Assembly: GCA_038087875.1 (NCBI GenBank)
Contig: CM075999.1
Coordinates: 4,342,001-4,406,000 of the forward strand
Length of the DNA stretch: 64,000 nucleotides
Direction: 5' to 3'
Source of the DNA: Malacoraja senta
Lineage: Eukaryota
Under the pieces are notes generated by a model that saw only the letters and a program-made list of their open reading frames with translations, was not told the DNA's origin and did not search any database. Positions 37,670 to 48,774 of this stretch are shown here, piece after piece (position 1 is the first letter of the stretch; each line of letters starts with the position of its first letter). Position numbers and translations under genes: made by a program.

Positions 37670-40063
37670 TACCCGGTGCCTCATATCTAGGATTTCTCCG
37701 CGCACCTCGAGGGAGCCGCGTTTTTTCTCTAAGGTAGACCTAGTCCGCGGTTATAACCAAATCCCAGTCCGACCCGATGGCGTCCCAAAACCGCCACCAA
37801 ATGCTTCGAATGCCTTTCGGCCTGAAGAACGCCGGGCAGGCATCCCAACGGCTCATGGACCAGGTCGGACAGGGCCTGCCATTCGTTTTCATTTACCTGG
37901 ATGACATTCTAGTCGCCAGCGCTTCCCAGGCGGAACACGTCGCCCACCACCGTCTTTTGTTTCAGAGCCTCCGCGAACACGCCTGGTAATTAACCCCACG
38001 AAGTGTCAGTTTGGCCTGAGTTCCATTTCGTTCCTGGTTCACCGGGTTACCCCACAGGGCGCTACCCCGCTCCCTGCGAAAGTGACGTCCATCTGGCAGT
38101 TCCCCCGGCCGCTCTCCATCAAGGGGCTACAGGAGTTCTTCGGCATGGTGAATTTTTCTCACCGTTTCGTGCCGGCAGCTGCTGCCATCATGCGCCCCCT
38201 GTTCCGGTGCCTGGCGAGCAAACCGCGGGACCTCGTGTGGACGGACGCGGCCTTTGAGGGTGCCAAGAAAGCGTTGGCTGATGCCACCATGCTGGTGCAC
38301 CCGCGTGTGTCTGCTCCTACAGCGCTCACTGTCGACGCCTCAGATGCTGCTGTTGGTGCAGTTCTGGAGCAGTTCGTTGACAGACGCTGGCAGCCGTTGG
38401 CGTTTTTCAGCCGGCAACTGCGGGCTCCAGAGTGCAAATGCAGCGCTTTCGACTGAGAGCTCCTGGCGCTTTACCTGGCCATCAGGCATTTCAGGTATTT
38501 CCTAGAGGGCCCGCGCATTCACCGCGTTCACGGACCACAAACCCCTTACTTTCGCCCTCAGTAAGATCGCGGATCCGTGGTCCGCCCGACAGCAGCGGCA
38601 CCTTTGCCTACATCTCTGAATTCACATCAGATATCCGTCACGTAGCTGGGAAGCTTAACGTCATGGCCAACGCCTTGTCCCGCCCCGCCATTCCCTCCGT
38701 TTTGGCCCTAGACCACAGCATTGACTACGGCGAGCTGGCAGCAGCGCAGCAGGCTGATGCCAGTATGGCGGACTACCACACCACCAGCACTGGCCTTCGG
38801 CTAGCCGAAGTTCCTTGCGGCGCGGGTAAGTGTCATGGTCCTGTGAGACGTCTCCACAGGACAGGCCCGCCCGGTCATCCCCGTCAGTTGGAGACGCCGG
38901 GTTTTCAACACGGTCCTTGGTTTACCCACCCGTCCATACGTGCGACGTCCGTCCTGTTGGCTGCCACGTTCGTCTGGCACGGACTCGTAAGCATGTGGCT
39001 GCCTGGCCCACCCCTGCATCCCGTGCCAGATCTCCAAGGTCCAGCGACACATACAGCCTCCGGTGCAGGATTTCGCTGTCCCAGAGGGCAGGTTCCTGCA
39101 CGTGCATGTGGACCTCGTCGGTCCCTTGCCACATTCCCGCGGTGCCAAGCACCTGCTCACTATCGTGGACCATTTCACGAGGTGGCCGGAGGCGATTCCA
39201 CTCTCGGATACCTCCGCCGAGGCTTGCGCCCGGGCTATGGTGGCCCACTGGATCGCCCGGATTGGGTGCCATCCGACATCACCTCGGACCGCGGGGCCCA
39301 GTTCACCTCTTCCTTGTGGTCGGCTCTGGCACAGCTCCATGGCGCCCGGCTGCACCAGACAACCACCTATCACCCGCAGGCTAACGGGCTGGTCGAAAGG
39401 TTCCATTGGCACCTTAAGTCGGCGCTGAAGGCCCAGCTTACGGGTCCGGACTGGGTGGACCGGCAGCCTGGGTCCTCCTGGCATCTGTACCACCCCTAAG
39501 GAGGATTTGGCTGCTTCCTCAGCTGAGCTGTGTATGGTTCAGCGTTGCTGGTGCCTGGGGATTTCCTGCCTGCCGCCCGGCGGACAGGTTTCGGCCCCGC
39601 GTTGCTGGCCGGCCTTCGTGAACGGATGCGCAAGTTGGATCCCGTTCCCACTTCCAGGCATGGGTCGTCCGGGTGCATGTGCCGTGGTGTTACAACAATG
39701 TGCCTATGTTTTCATCCACAGGGACGCTCACCGCTCGCCACTGCAGCGGGTCTATGAGGGGCCTTCCCGGATGCTGCGGGCCGGAGTCGCCACGTACGTG
39801 TTGGACGTGGGTGGTCGGCAGGAGTTTGTCTCCATGGGCCGTCTCAAGCCCGCCCACATGGATGGTGACAGCCTGGTTGTCGTTGCTCCACCGCGATGTA
39901 GGGGTCGTCCGCCGGCCGTTCCGCCTGTGCTGAGCACATCTGTTTCCGGCTTTGTTCCGCCGGCCCCCATTGCTACAACCGTTCCACTTTCGCGGCCCTC
40001 GCGTACTACCGGCCCCGTTTTGCCGGCTCCTACTGTTACGCCCGCCCCACTTGCGAGAACATG

Positions 40064-41590
40064 CGTCAGTGATAATGCATTAGTGATAATTTTTCAAAAC
40101 TCTTAGATTCTGGAGTAGTTCCTGAGGATTGGAGGGTAGCTAATGTAACCCCACTTTTTAAGAAGGGATGGAGAGAGAAAACGGGCAATTACAGACCAGT
40201 TAGTCTAACATCGGTAGTGGGGAAACTGCTAGAGTCAGTTATTAAAGATGGGATAGCAGCACATTGGAAAGTGGTGAATCAATTGGACAAAGTCAGCATG
40301 GATTTACGAAAGGTAAATCATGTCTGACGAATCTTATAGAATTTTTCGAGGATGTAACTAGTAGATTGGATAGGGGAGAACTAGTGGATGTGTTGTATCT
40401 GGACTTTCAGAAGGCTTTCGACAAGGTACCACATAAGAGACTAGTATACAAACTTAAAGCACACGGTATTGGGGGTTCAGTATTGTTGTGGATAGAGAAC
40501 TGGCTGGCAAACAGGAAGCAAAGAGTAGGAGTAAACGGGTCCTTTTCACAATGGCAGGCAGTGACTAGTGGGGTACCGCAAGGCTCAGTGCTGGGACCCC
40601 AGCTATTTACAATTTATATTAATGAACTGGATGAGGGAATTGAAGGCAACATCTCCAAGTTTGCGGATGACACTAAGCTGGGGGACAGTGTTAGCTGTGA
40701 GGAAGATGCTAGGAGACTGCAAGGTGACTTGGATAGGCTGGGTGAGTGGGCAAATGTTTGGCAGATGCAGTATAATGTGGATAAATGTGAGGTTATCCAC
40801 TTTGGTGGAAAAAACAGGAAAGCAGACTATTATCTAAATGGTGGCCGATTAGGAAATGGGGAGATGCAGCGAGACCTGGGTGTCACAGTACACCAGTCAT
40901 TGAAAGTAGGCATGCAGGTGCAGCAGGCAGTGAAGAAAGCGAATGGTATGTTAGCTTTCATAGCAAAAGGATTTGAGTATAGGAGCAGGGAGGTTCTACT
41001 GCAGTTGTACAGGGTCTTGGTGAGACCACACCTGGAGTATTGCATACAGTTTTGGTCTCCAAATCTGAGGAAGGACATTATAGCCATAGAGGGAGTGCAG
41101 AGAAGGTTCACCAGACTGATTCCTGGGATGTCAGGACTTTCATATGAAGAAAGACTGGATAGACTTGGCTTATACTCGCTAGAATTTAGGAGATTGAGAG
41201 GGGATCTTATAGAAACATACAAAATTCTTATGGGGTTGGACAGGCTAGATGCAGGAAGATTGTTCCCGATGTTGGGGAAGTCCAGCACAAGGGGTCACAG
41301 CTTAAGGATAAGGGGGAAATCCTTTAAGACCGAGATGAGGAAAAACTTTTTCACACAGAGAGTGGTGAATCTCTGGAACTCTCTGCTACAGAGAGTAGTT
41401 GAGGCCAGTTCATTGGCTATATTTAAGAGGGAGTTAGATGTGGCCCTTGTGGCTAAGGGGATCAGGGGGTATGGAGAGGAGGCAGGTACAGGATACTGAG
41501 TTGGATGATCAGCCATGATCATATTGAATGGCGGTGCAGGCTCGAAGGGCCGAATGGCCTACTCCTGCACCTATTTTCTATGTATCTATG
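40064..41590 (+). mobile_element. CR1 family B, 5'-truncated, inserted at the 3' end of the CsRn1-like pol
   Basis: 411-aa RT ORF at 40264-41499; host sequence continues ART|CSGRIIRVPARF across the insertion. Confidence 0.95.
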
Positions 41591-42003
41591 TTCCGGACGT
41601 ATCATCCGGGTCCCTGCTCGGTTCTGTACCTCGGGTTCTGGGGGGGGGGGGGGGGGGGTTGTAGCGGCACCTGCTGGTGCTCACAGGTAGTGGAAACCTG
41701 CGGTCGGTTGCCTCGGGCATGTGGCACTGGGGAGGGGTTGCGTTTCGCGCGCTTTCTAGATGATGCTCCTCCAGTGCTCTAGACCACCGTTGTGGCTGGA
41801 TCTGTTTTGTTGGTTGTGTGAGACGCATTGTCAGTTTAACCATTTTACGAATAAAACTTAATTTAAACAATCGACTTTCATCTCCATCCGCCAAAGGCTT
41901 CTACTTTCTATCAAGGCCAGAGATTGGTGATGAGTAAGATGTTTAATAATGGTTCCCCGTCGCTGACATAAACACCCGCCCACTGCACCATGGCCCTGTA
42001 AAC

Positions 42004-42044
42004 CAAAGGTCCTATAGCGGATCCTATCGCTGTAGGATCTTTTG
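42004..42044. mobile_element. 41-bp palindromic hAT-type micro-MITE
   Basis: CAAAGGTCCTATAGC...GCTGTAGGATCTTTTG with 8-bp TSD CTGTAAAC at 41996-42003 and 42045-42052. Confidence 0.8.
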
Positions 42045-42176
42045 CTGTAAACATAAGCAAAGTGAAAAAGGGATTAAAGTATTATTGTTTTCAAGCCTCT
42101 GGGAACAATTGTTATTTGATTTAATCATGAATTTACAGTGACCATTTAGACATTAAAACCGGCGCCGTTCACTCAC

Positions 42177-42194
42177 ATTGCCCTCTGGTGGCCA
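42177..42194 (-). promoter_or_regulatory. CTCF-binding motif
   Basis: Minus strand TGGCCACCAGAGGGCAAT matches the CTCF core consensus; lies in non-repetitive sequence. Confidence 0.6.
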
Positions 42195-42317
42195 ACCGTT
42201 AGCGGTGCAAACGGGCTGACCAGTGATCTAATTGAGATTGCTCCCACCTTTGGCCATCGGATAGCGGTTCGAACCCGTCAGTGACCATCACGCTAAACAC
42301 TGCCGGGTTGCCTGTTC

Positions 42318-43102
42318 ATAGAAACATAGAAAATAGGTGCAGGAGTAGGCCATTCGGCCCTTCGAGCCTGCACCGCCATTCAATATGAGCATGGCTGATC
42401 ATCCAACTCAGTATCCTGTACCTGCCTTCTCTCCATACCCCCTGATCCCTTTAGCCACAAGGGCCACATCTAACTCCCTCTTAAATATAGCCAATGAACT
42501 GGCCTCAACTACCTTCTGTGGCAGAGAGTTCCAGAGATTCACCAATCTCTGTGTGAAAAAAGTTTTTCTCATCTCGGTCCTAAAGGATTTCCCATCTATC
42601 CTTAAGCTGTGACCCCTTGTCCTGGACTTCCCCAACATCGGGAACAATCATCCTGCATCTAACCTGTCCAACCCCTTAAGAATTTTGTAAGTTTCTATAA
42701 GATCGCCCCTCAATCTCCTAAATTCTAGCGAGTACAAGCCGAGTCTATCCAGTCTTTCTTCATGTCAAAGTCCTGACATCCCAGGAATCAGTCTGGTGAA
42801 CCTTCTCTGCACTCCCTCTGGCAATAATGTCTTTCCTCAGATTTGGAGACCAAAACTGTATGCAATACTCCAGGTGTGGTCTCACCAAGACCCTGTACAA
42901 CCGCAGTGGAACCTCCCTGCTCCTATACTCAAATCCTTTTGCTATGAATGCTAATATACCATTCGCCTTCTTCACTGCCTGCTGCTCCTGCATGCCTACT
43001 TTTAATGACTGGTGTACCACGACACCCAGGTCTCGTTGCATCTCCCCTTTTCCTAATCGGCCACCATTTAGATAATAGTCTACTTTCCTGTTTTTGCCAC
43101 CA
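42318..43102 (-). mobile_element. CR1 family B 3' fragment
   Basis: MQRDLGVVVHQSLKV and VRPHLEYCIQFWSP; tail CTATGTTT. Confidence 0.9.
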
Positions 43103-44482
43103 ATTGAGTTTGTTTAGTTTATTGTCACGTGTACCGAGGTACAGTAAAGAGCTTTTGTTGCGTGTTATCCAGTCTGCCCTTGAGGAGCAACAATAAGCAT
43201 CTTCCTGAAGCACTGCACTCGTTTGGTGATTGTAGCCACAATGCTGTGGTCTAGGTCTTGCTACATACAAATGGAAGGCCCCGAGAGAGGCGGTTGGCAA
43301 TGGTTGTGCTCAGGACCCTGCCCGTGGAGCTCATCGCTGATATCCTGGGCTGAGGAGAAGGACCTTCTCTTGTTGCCACCACAAGCATTAGTAGCATTTT
43401 ATTTTAGGTGCCCACTGACATCAGGGAATAAGACGCACTCCAAATCTTGGAGTGTCAATGCCTCATGCAGTCAAAGCATGTCAAGGATTGCACACACGGA
43501 GGGAGCCCTCTGTCAGCGCTGCTCCCATCCCGCACTCATGACCCCCCGTCACGCCGTTACCGGCACAGATGCTGACATTAGCTCCACAAACTGCTCAAAG
43601 TCCGAGCCAGCACCTGGACATCGAGCGGTTGGGCAAACGATTTCGTGTCACATGGATGTTCTTGGTCAAATTTGGTCTGATTATACTCCGTGAAAGATGA
43701 TATGTAGATACAAGTGCGGTGGAATAAGATGCCACATTTAGCTCCCAGCAGCCTGCTGATGGGAGGGGGGGGGGGGGGGGGAGGCGGTCACAGCAGTGAG
43801 GGAAGCTTCTACACAAAGGTGTCACAGGTTCCTTGAGAACGTGAGTTAGCGAAGATAGTGCAGTGAATGCTGACACACACACACCGATCAAGTATAAACG
43901 CTGCGATTTAAATTGGACGCACAATCCTTCAATTTGAGGGAACACTGATCACCGTCTATATCTCTCTACATCACCGACTATATATCTCGTTTCCCTTTCC
44001 CCCGACTCTCAGTCTAAAGAAGGTTCTCGACCAGAAACATCACCTATTCCTTTTCTCCAGAGATGATATCTGCCCGCCGAGTTACTCCAGCATTTTGTGT
44101 CTATCTAGGGTCCACATTTAAATCGATTGTACAACTGACCAATCACCAGCACCTCGAAAACAAATAATAAATGTGACCTGTAATTTGAATTAAATGCAAG
44201 AATATAAATATTTCTCTGCATCTTATTTCAAATACAACGAACTAATAAAAATTAACCATGCCTCAAAGTTCCTGACTATTTCGAAAACACGTTAATATTC
44301 ATTATTTATTTATTTTGACAAACATACAATGTGGATTCCAGCGCCAAAATTATTTTGAGCTAAGATCTAAGTTGGGTGCAATCCTTGTGGAGTATCAGTG
44401 ACAGCTGTTGCTGTAAACTGATCGGCCTCACAGATCAATCCACTGACTATTCTTAACAGTTAAGACATGATCTACATCTTAC

Positions 44483-44512
44483 ATGAAGCACCGCCAGCAT
44501 TTGCACAACATG
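44483..44512 (+). CDS. SYNC: Candidate first coding exon of SYNC (MKHRQHLHNM, or only the last Met)
   Basis: ACAACATG|GTAAGA strong phase-0 donor, compatible with the phase-0 acceptor at 46066; no homology support. Confidence 0.3.
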
Positions 44513-45419
44513 GTAAGATCATTGCTTTGTCTCACTGCACACAATTATAAACATTGAGGATAGTTTTCAACAAAATGTTTATGTCATTTTTATATTTGCA
44601 GTCAGATATTTTTCTGTATGATAATAATGCAAGGTTTGTTATTCTGCAAAGACAGAAACCGCTCACTTTGAACAAGCCAGCTGGAATTTGAAGTCTGGAA
44701 AGTAACCAGGTCTCAATGGATTCCCAACCTGAAGACCTTGGAGGCTGGGGTTTCATAATTCTCCTGGTGAATTTAGTTGCTTTATAGTTTTATACGGAAC
44801 TTAATGAAAATAAATAGGAAGGTCTTTGGTGATGAAGTCCCGTTGAACAAAGCGTGAAACGTAGTCTATCGTTCCAGAGTCTGGAAAACAGAGGTGGGAG
44901 ACTTGGCTGGGATTTCAAATAAATATTTTACTTGTCTTCACTTAATTAGGTGCAGACATTGACAAAGGGTTCAAAAACGTGAACAGAAATCAGATATTGT
45001 AGATTGAAAAAACTCCTGTCAGCAAGTTCAAAGTGGAAAAGTCCAGACAAACGTTACAGAGAAGGAAGTGACTGAGGTAGCAGTTGTCTCAAGGCAGTGC
45101 TCGGACCCTGCCTTCCGAATGTTTGTCCGAAGTTGGACTCGGGTCCTAATGGCACAATTTCCAAATCTGCACATGAGACAAAAGCTGTAGGCCGGGGAAA
45201 AGCAGTCAAATTCAGGGAGACGTCGGCAGACTGGTGAAACTGGGCTGGATGAAATGTAATTCTGCGCTCTCTCCTCTGTGAGGAATTCTGACCTCTGAGG
45301 TGCTGGTGGGAAGACCAGGAAAACAAGGTGACGCCATTCTAACAGGGTATGAAGCAGAGAGATTGGGCGTACGAGAGCAGGGATGTTTGGGGTACGAGAG
45401 CAGGGAAGTCAGATTCAAT

Positions 45420-45838
45420 ACTTCGCCGAAAACTCTATTGAACTTCTGAAGGTGTACGAGAGAGAGCTCACTACTTGGTTGCAACACAGGCTGGCTCGGC
45501 AACTCGAACGACGAAGAAGGAGACTACAGCGAGTGGTGGACACTCTCCGGTCCAGTCACTCGCATCTCACTGCTACCACCGGGAAGGAGATACAGGAGCC
45601 TGAATACCGTGACCTCCAGGTTCTTCCCAGCAACCATCAGGCTCTTGAATACTGCACAACACTAACCTCAGCCCTAACTCAGCAACGATCTACCATGGAC
45701 TTTGTATACGGTTACACGGCATACTTCGCTGTGCATGTTTGTGCTCTGGTTACCCAGTATAATTGATCATTAGTGGTTATTGTATATTTATTTGCATTAT
45801 TGCGTAATGGGCCTGCAAAGCTGCGGAATTTCATTGTA
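45420..45838 (+). mobile_element. Rex1/Babar-like LINE 3' remnant (a similar one lies at ~19470-19700)
   Basis: RRRLQRVVD, GRRYRSL and FFPATIRLLN-like peptides; GAATTTCATTGT near the 3' end. Confidence 0.55.
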
Positions 45839-46065
45839 GATAGACACAAAAAGCTCGAGTAACTCAGCCGGACAGGCAGCATCTCTGGAGAGATGGAATG
45901 GGTGACGTTTCGGTCGAGACCTTTCCTACACAAGAATTCCATTGGTCCATTCTCAGTGTATGTGGCAATGAAACACTTGAATAATGTGGATTTTGATGGA
46001 TTTTTTTGCCATCAAGCAATTGTATAATTGATATTGTTAGTAACTTCTTCCTTTGTTGGCTGCAG

Positions 46066-46839
46066 GATACAACGGGTGAACTGCCTGCCGAGTCGCCTGT
46101 GGACATTCCAGCTGTTGATTCACTGCAGCAAGTAGGGGAACACTTCCAATGGTGTCTTTACTGCTTGGAGGAACTCCTGGACGAGAGGGAGAAGCTCATC
46201 CGAGAACTGATCTTCCTGAAGGAACCGATGCATCAAGAAATCTGTGACCTGCGGGTAAAACTGCTGGCGATTTATCGGAGTAAATCACAGGCAGAGATTG
46301 AATGTGAAAACTACAAGGGAGAAATAATGTGCATGAAAAGAAAACTGTTTGAAATGACAAAGGCCCACATGACCTACAAACAAGAAGCGGACAGCACTCG
46401 GCAAGGCCTTCTCCAAATGACATCAGAACATGAAGCCGAACAATCGAGATCACAGACTCTCTCCAACGAACTGGCTGCGCTTAAAAATCAGTGGCGTGAG
46501 GAAATAAACCTTGTAATCCACCAATTGGAAAATACCCGAAACACTGACAACCTTCTGCCCCTGTGGAGGAGCCGGCAAACAAACGAATTCCAGAACCTTC
46601 TGGCCGAGCAGAGGCAATGGTTGGAGAAATATTATGAACCCAAACTGGAAAAGTTGTTGAGCTGGAATAAGTCGAGGGCGGCCTCCCTACGGCTCGCTCA
46701 GCGGGAGGTGGGCAGCCTGCGGGGACAAGTGTGGCAATTGCAGCAACAGGCGACAAACCTGAACAATCAGAAGCTGGTCCTTGAGCAGAAGCTGCTGAGA
46801 GCACACAGTGTGTGGGCTGAGGACGCTGCCCGTTATCAG
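46066..46839 (+). CDS. SYNC: Syncoilin, main rod-domain exon (258 codons)
   Basis: Pyrimidine-rich acceptor ending GCTGCAG|, donor CAG|GTACAG. LEELLDEREKLIRELIFLKEPMHQEI, KRKLFEMTKAHMTY and LEKYYEPKLEKLL resemble recalled human SYNC (LEELELERDQLIHELVLLREP, KQKLFKVTKECVAY, LEEEYEPQF). Confidence 0.92.
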
Positions 46840-46950
46840 GTACAGAGACGGGTTACGTGGAATAGGCAGGCAGGGAGATACGGCACAAGCACTCTAATGT
46901 CAATTCAAGTTTAACTTTAATATTCCAATCCAATTCTTATGATTTGAGTA

Positions 46951-47193
46951 AGATCTCTGTTCACCCAGAGATTGTGAATCTGTGGAATTCTCTGCCACAG
47001 AAGGCAGTGGAGGCCAATTCACTGGATGTTTTTCAAGTTAGATTTAGCTGTTAGGGCTAAGGGGGTCAAGGGATATGGGGAAAAGCAGGAACAGGGTACT
47101 GATTTTGGATGATCAGCCATGATCATATTGAATGGCAGTGCTGGCTTGAAGGGCCGAGTGGCCTACTCCTGCACCTATTTTCTATGTTTCTAT
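46951..47193 (+). mobile_element. CR1 3' end
   Basis: CR1 C-terminus and 3' UTR with CTATGTTT tail. Confidence 0.85.
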
Positions 47194-47319
47194 TGTTTTC
47201 CACCAGGGGCCACTCAGGGAGAGAGTTTGTTTACTAAATCCCAGCTACCGAAATTAATCTAAAAATCAGAAAAATATCTGAGGTTTCTGACAATAAATTA
47301 TTATCTAATGTGTGCAGAG

Positions 47320-47790
47320 AAAAAGAAACAGCTAGCAGAGCAATATGCACAGGAAGGCAAGTGCCCGAGGTGTGGAGGATCTGAGCGGGTTCTGCATCAT
47401 CAGGCAGAGGTTGACAGCCTCCATCGGTACATGCAGGGCTCTGGGGAGAAGGAGAAGGTGGGACAGATGAAGAGTCAGCATGAACATGCTGACCACATGG
47501 TCATCTTCATCTGAGATTCTCTATCAGTAACGAGTCACATTTTAAACTTCCTTGTGCTGAATCAGTCCTATGCAGGATTTAAGGGGAGGATTGTCAGCCA
47601 CAGGTCGTGGTCTACATCAGCACTGATGTCACGGGAACAGAGATGATGTATCGCAAAGATCATTTAGGGAACTGGGTGGAAAGTTGAAAAGCAGAACTCG
47701 AGGGTAAAACATCAGGCGAACGCCACATGGTGGTGAGCGAAGGAAAAGAATAGGGCGGAAGAATCAGCGGCTGAGCTGCCGGTTCAGCAG
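47320..47790 (+). mobile_element. Decayed CR1 ORF1 (esterase-like) remnant
   Basis: QPQVVVYISTDV and FRELGGKLKSRT resemble the CR1 ORF1 SGNH esterase block (VVVHIGTND). Confidence 0.55.
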
Positions 47791-48279
47791 GAAGAGACCT
47801 GAAAGTCCAGCTACAATTCTTTATCCCCAGGTCCACAACAGTGAGCGGAGTGTGGTCTGCACCCTAACAGCTTCTTAACTGAAAGCTGTAATCGGAATCA
47901 GATCGGAATAATGAATATCAAATTTGCTTTAGGCTTGCTTTGATTTTTGTTTGTCCGACTTTAACTATGTCCATAGCCTTGCTCCGCTCCATCCTTGCCC
48001 TTTGCCCACAACAAGCTTCTCTTCTACCTTTGGTCAGCTTCTCTTACTTGCTTGAAACTTGCTCCTCTCATACCTCAGCTTTCAACACTTGGCACGTCTT
48101 CCCCCCACTGCCCCACCACCACGCCCGTGGGTTGGTTTCTATACAAATGCAACTTGTTTTGATAATTCTCGAGGAATTTTCTGAACATGTTTCCTTTCTG
48201 TGTCAAATTGCAGTATATTATAAAAGCAAGCTCAAACTATTGAAATATTTTTTTCAATGATCATTTATGAATTTATCAG

Positions 48280-48404
48280 ATACAGAAAAGAGAACTCGAA
48301 GCCAGAGCCAGTATTCTGGAGACAGACCTTGGCGCACAGAAAACAAAGAATGGTGACATCAGATGCATGAAGGAGAACATAGCAGAAGAATTAGCTGCTT
48401 ACAA
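48280..48404 (+). CDS. SYNC: Syncoilin 125-bp coil-2 end exon
   Basis: TCAG|ATA...TACAA|GTGAGT; encodes IQKRELEARASILETDLGAQKTKNGDIRCMKENIAEELAAYK (recalled human ...SLAEELSTYK); phase 0 to phase 2. Confidence 0.92.
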
Positions 48405-48774
48405 GTGAGTACCAAACCTCAAAGGGGGTTGCAAGCTGGATCAATGTCAAGTCAATGCCGGCTAAAAAGTTGGAAAGTCTTTGCCAACAGGGTTAAATGT
48501 TCATACGATGGTTTTCAACACTTCAAAGTGTGTAATCACAACACGGAATTGAAGCAACCAATGCGACGCCAATCCTTTATCAGAAACGTTAACACTACAA
48601 TGTTTGACACCACATTATCATTCAGCTTCCCAACACTTGGGCTGGCTTAGTTTAGTTTTTAAATTAGAGACACAACATGGAAACTGGCCCTTTGGCCCAC
48701 CAAATCCACGCCGGCCATCAGTTAACCATTGACAATAGTTCTATGTTATCCCACTTTATCAATCACTCCCGATG

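Larger units (their letters stand above)
35484..41895 (+). mobile_element. CsRn1-like Ty3/Gypsy LTR retrotransposon, GC/CpG-rich, decayed
   Basis: LTRs at 35484-35724 and 41660-41895; TSD GGCT; PBS TGGTGACCCCG (tRNA-Trp type); poly-G PPT; Gag LKLPAFWP..WFAHVEAQF and C-X2-H-X9-C-X3-C motif at ~36370-36430; protease LVDSGA; RT YLDDILV; RNase H TVDASD; integrase HVDLVGPLP and YHPQANGLVERFH. Confidence 0.9.

Noticed and set aside
40830..41522. Recurrent antisense ORFs (MNLLCTPSMA..., MIMADHPTQYP...)
   Set aside because: They are antisense frames of CR1 copies and recur only because the element recurs.
43223..43693. 156-aa ORF in non-repetitive sequence upstream of SYNC
   Set aside because: It starts at TTG, shows no recognisable homology and has no convincing splice sites.
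47198..47216. CTCF-like CCACCAGGGGCCAC
   Set aside because: It mismatches at the conserved GGC end of the core, so the match is weak.
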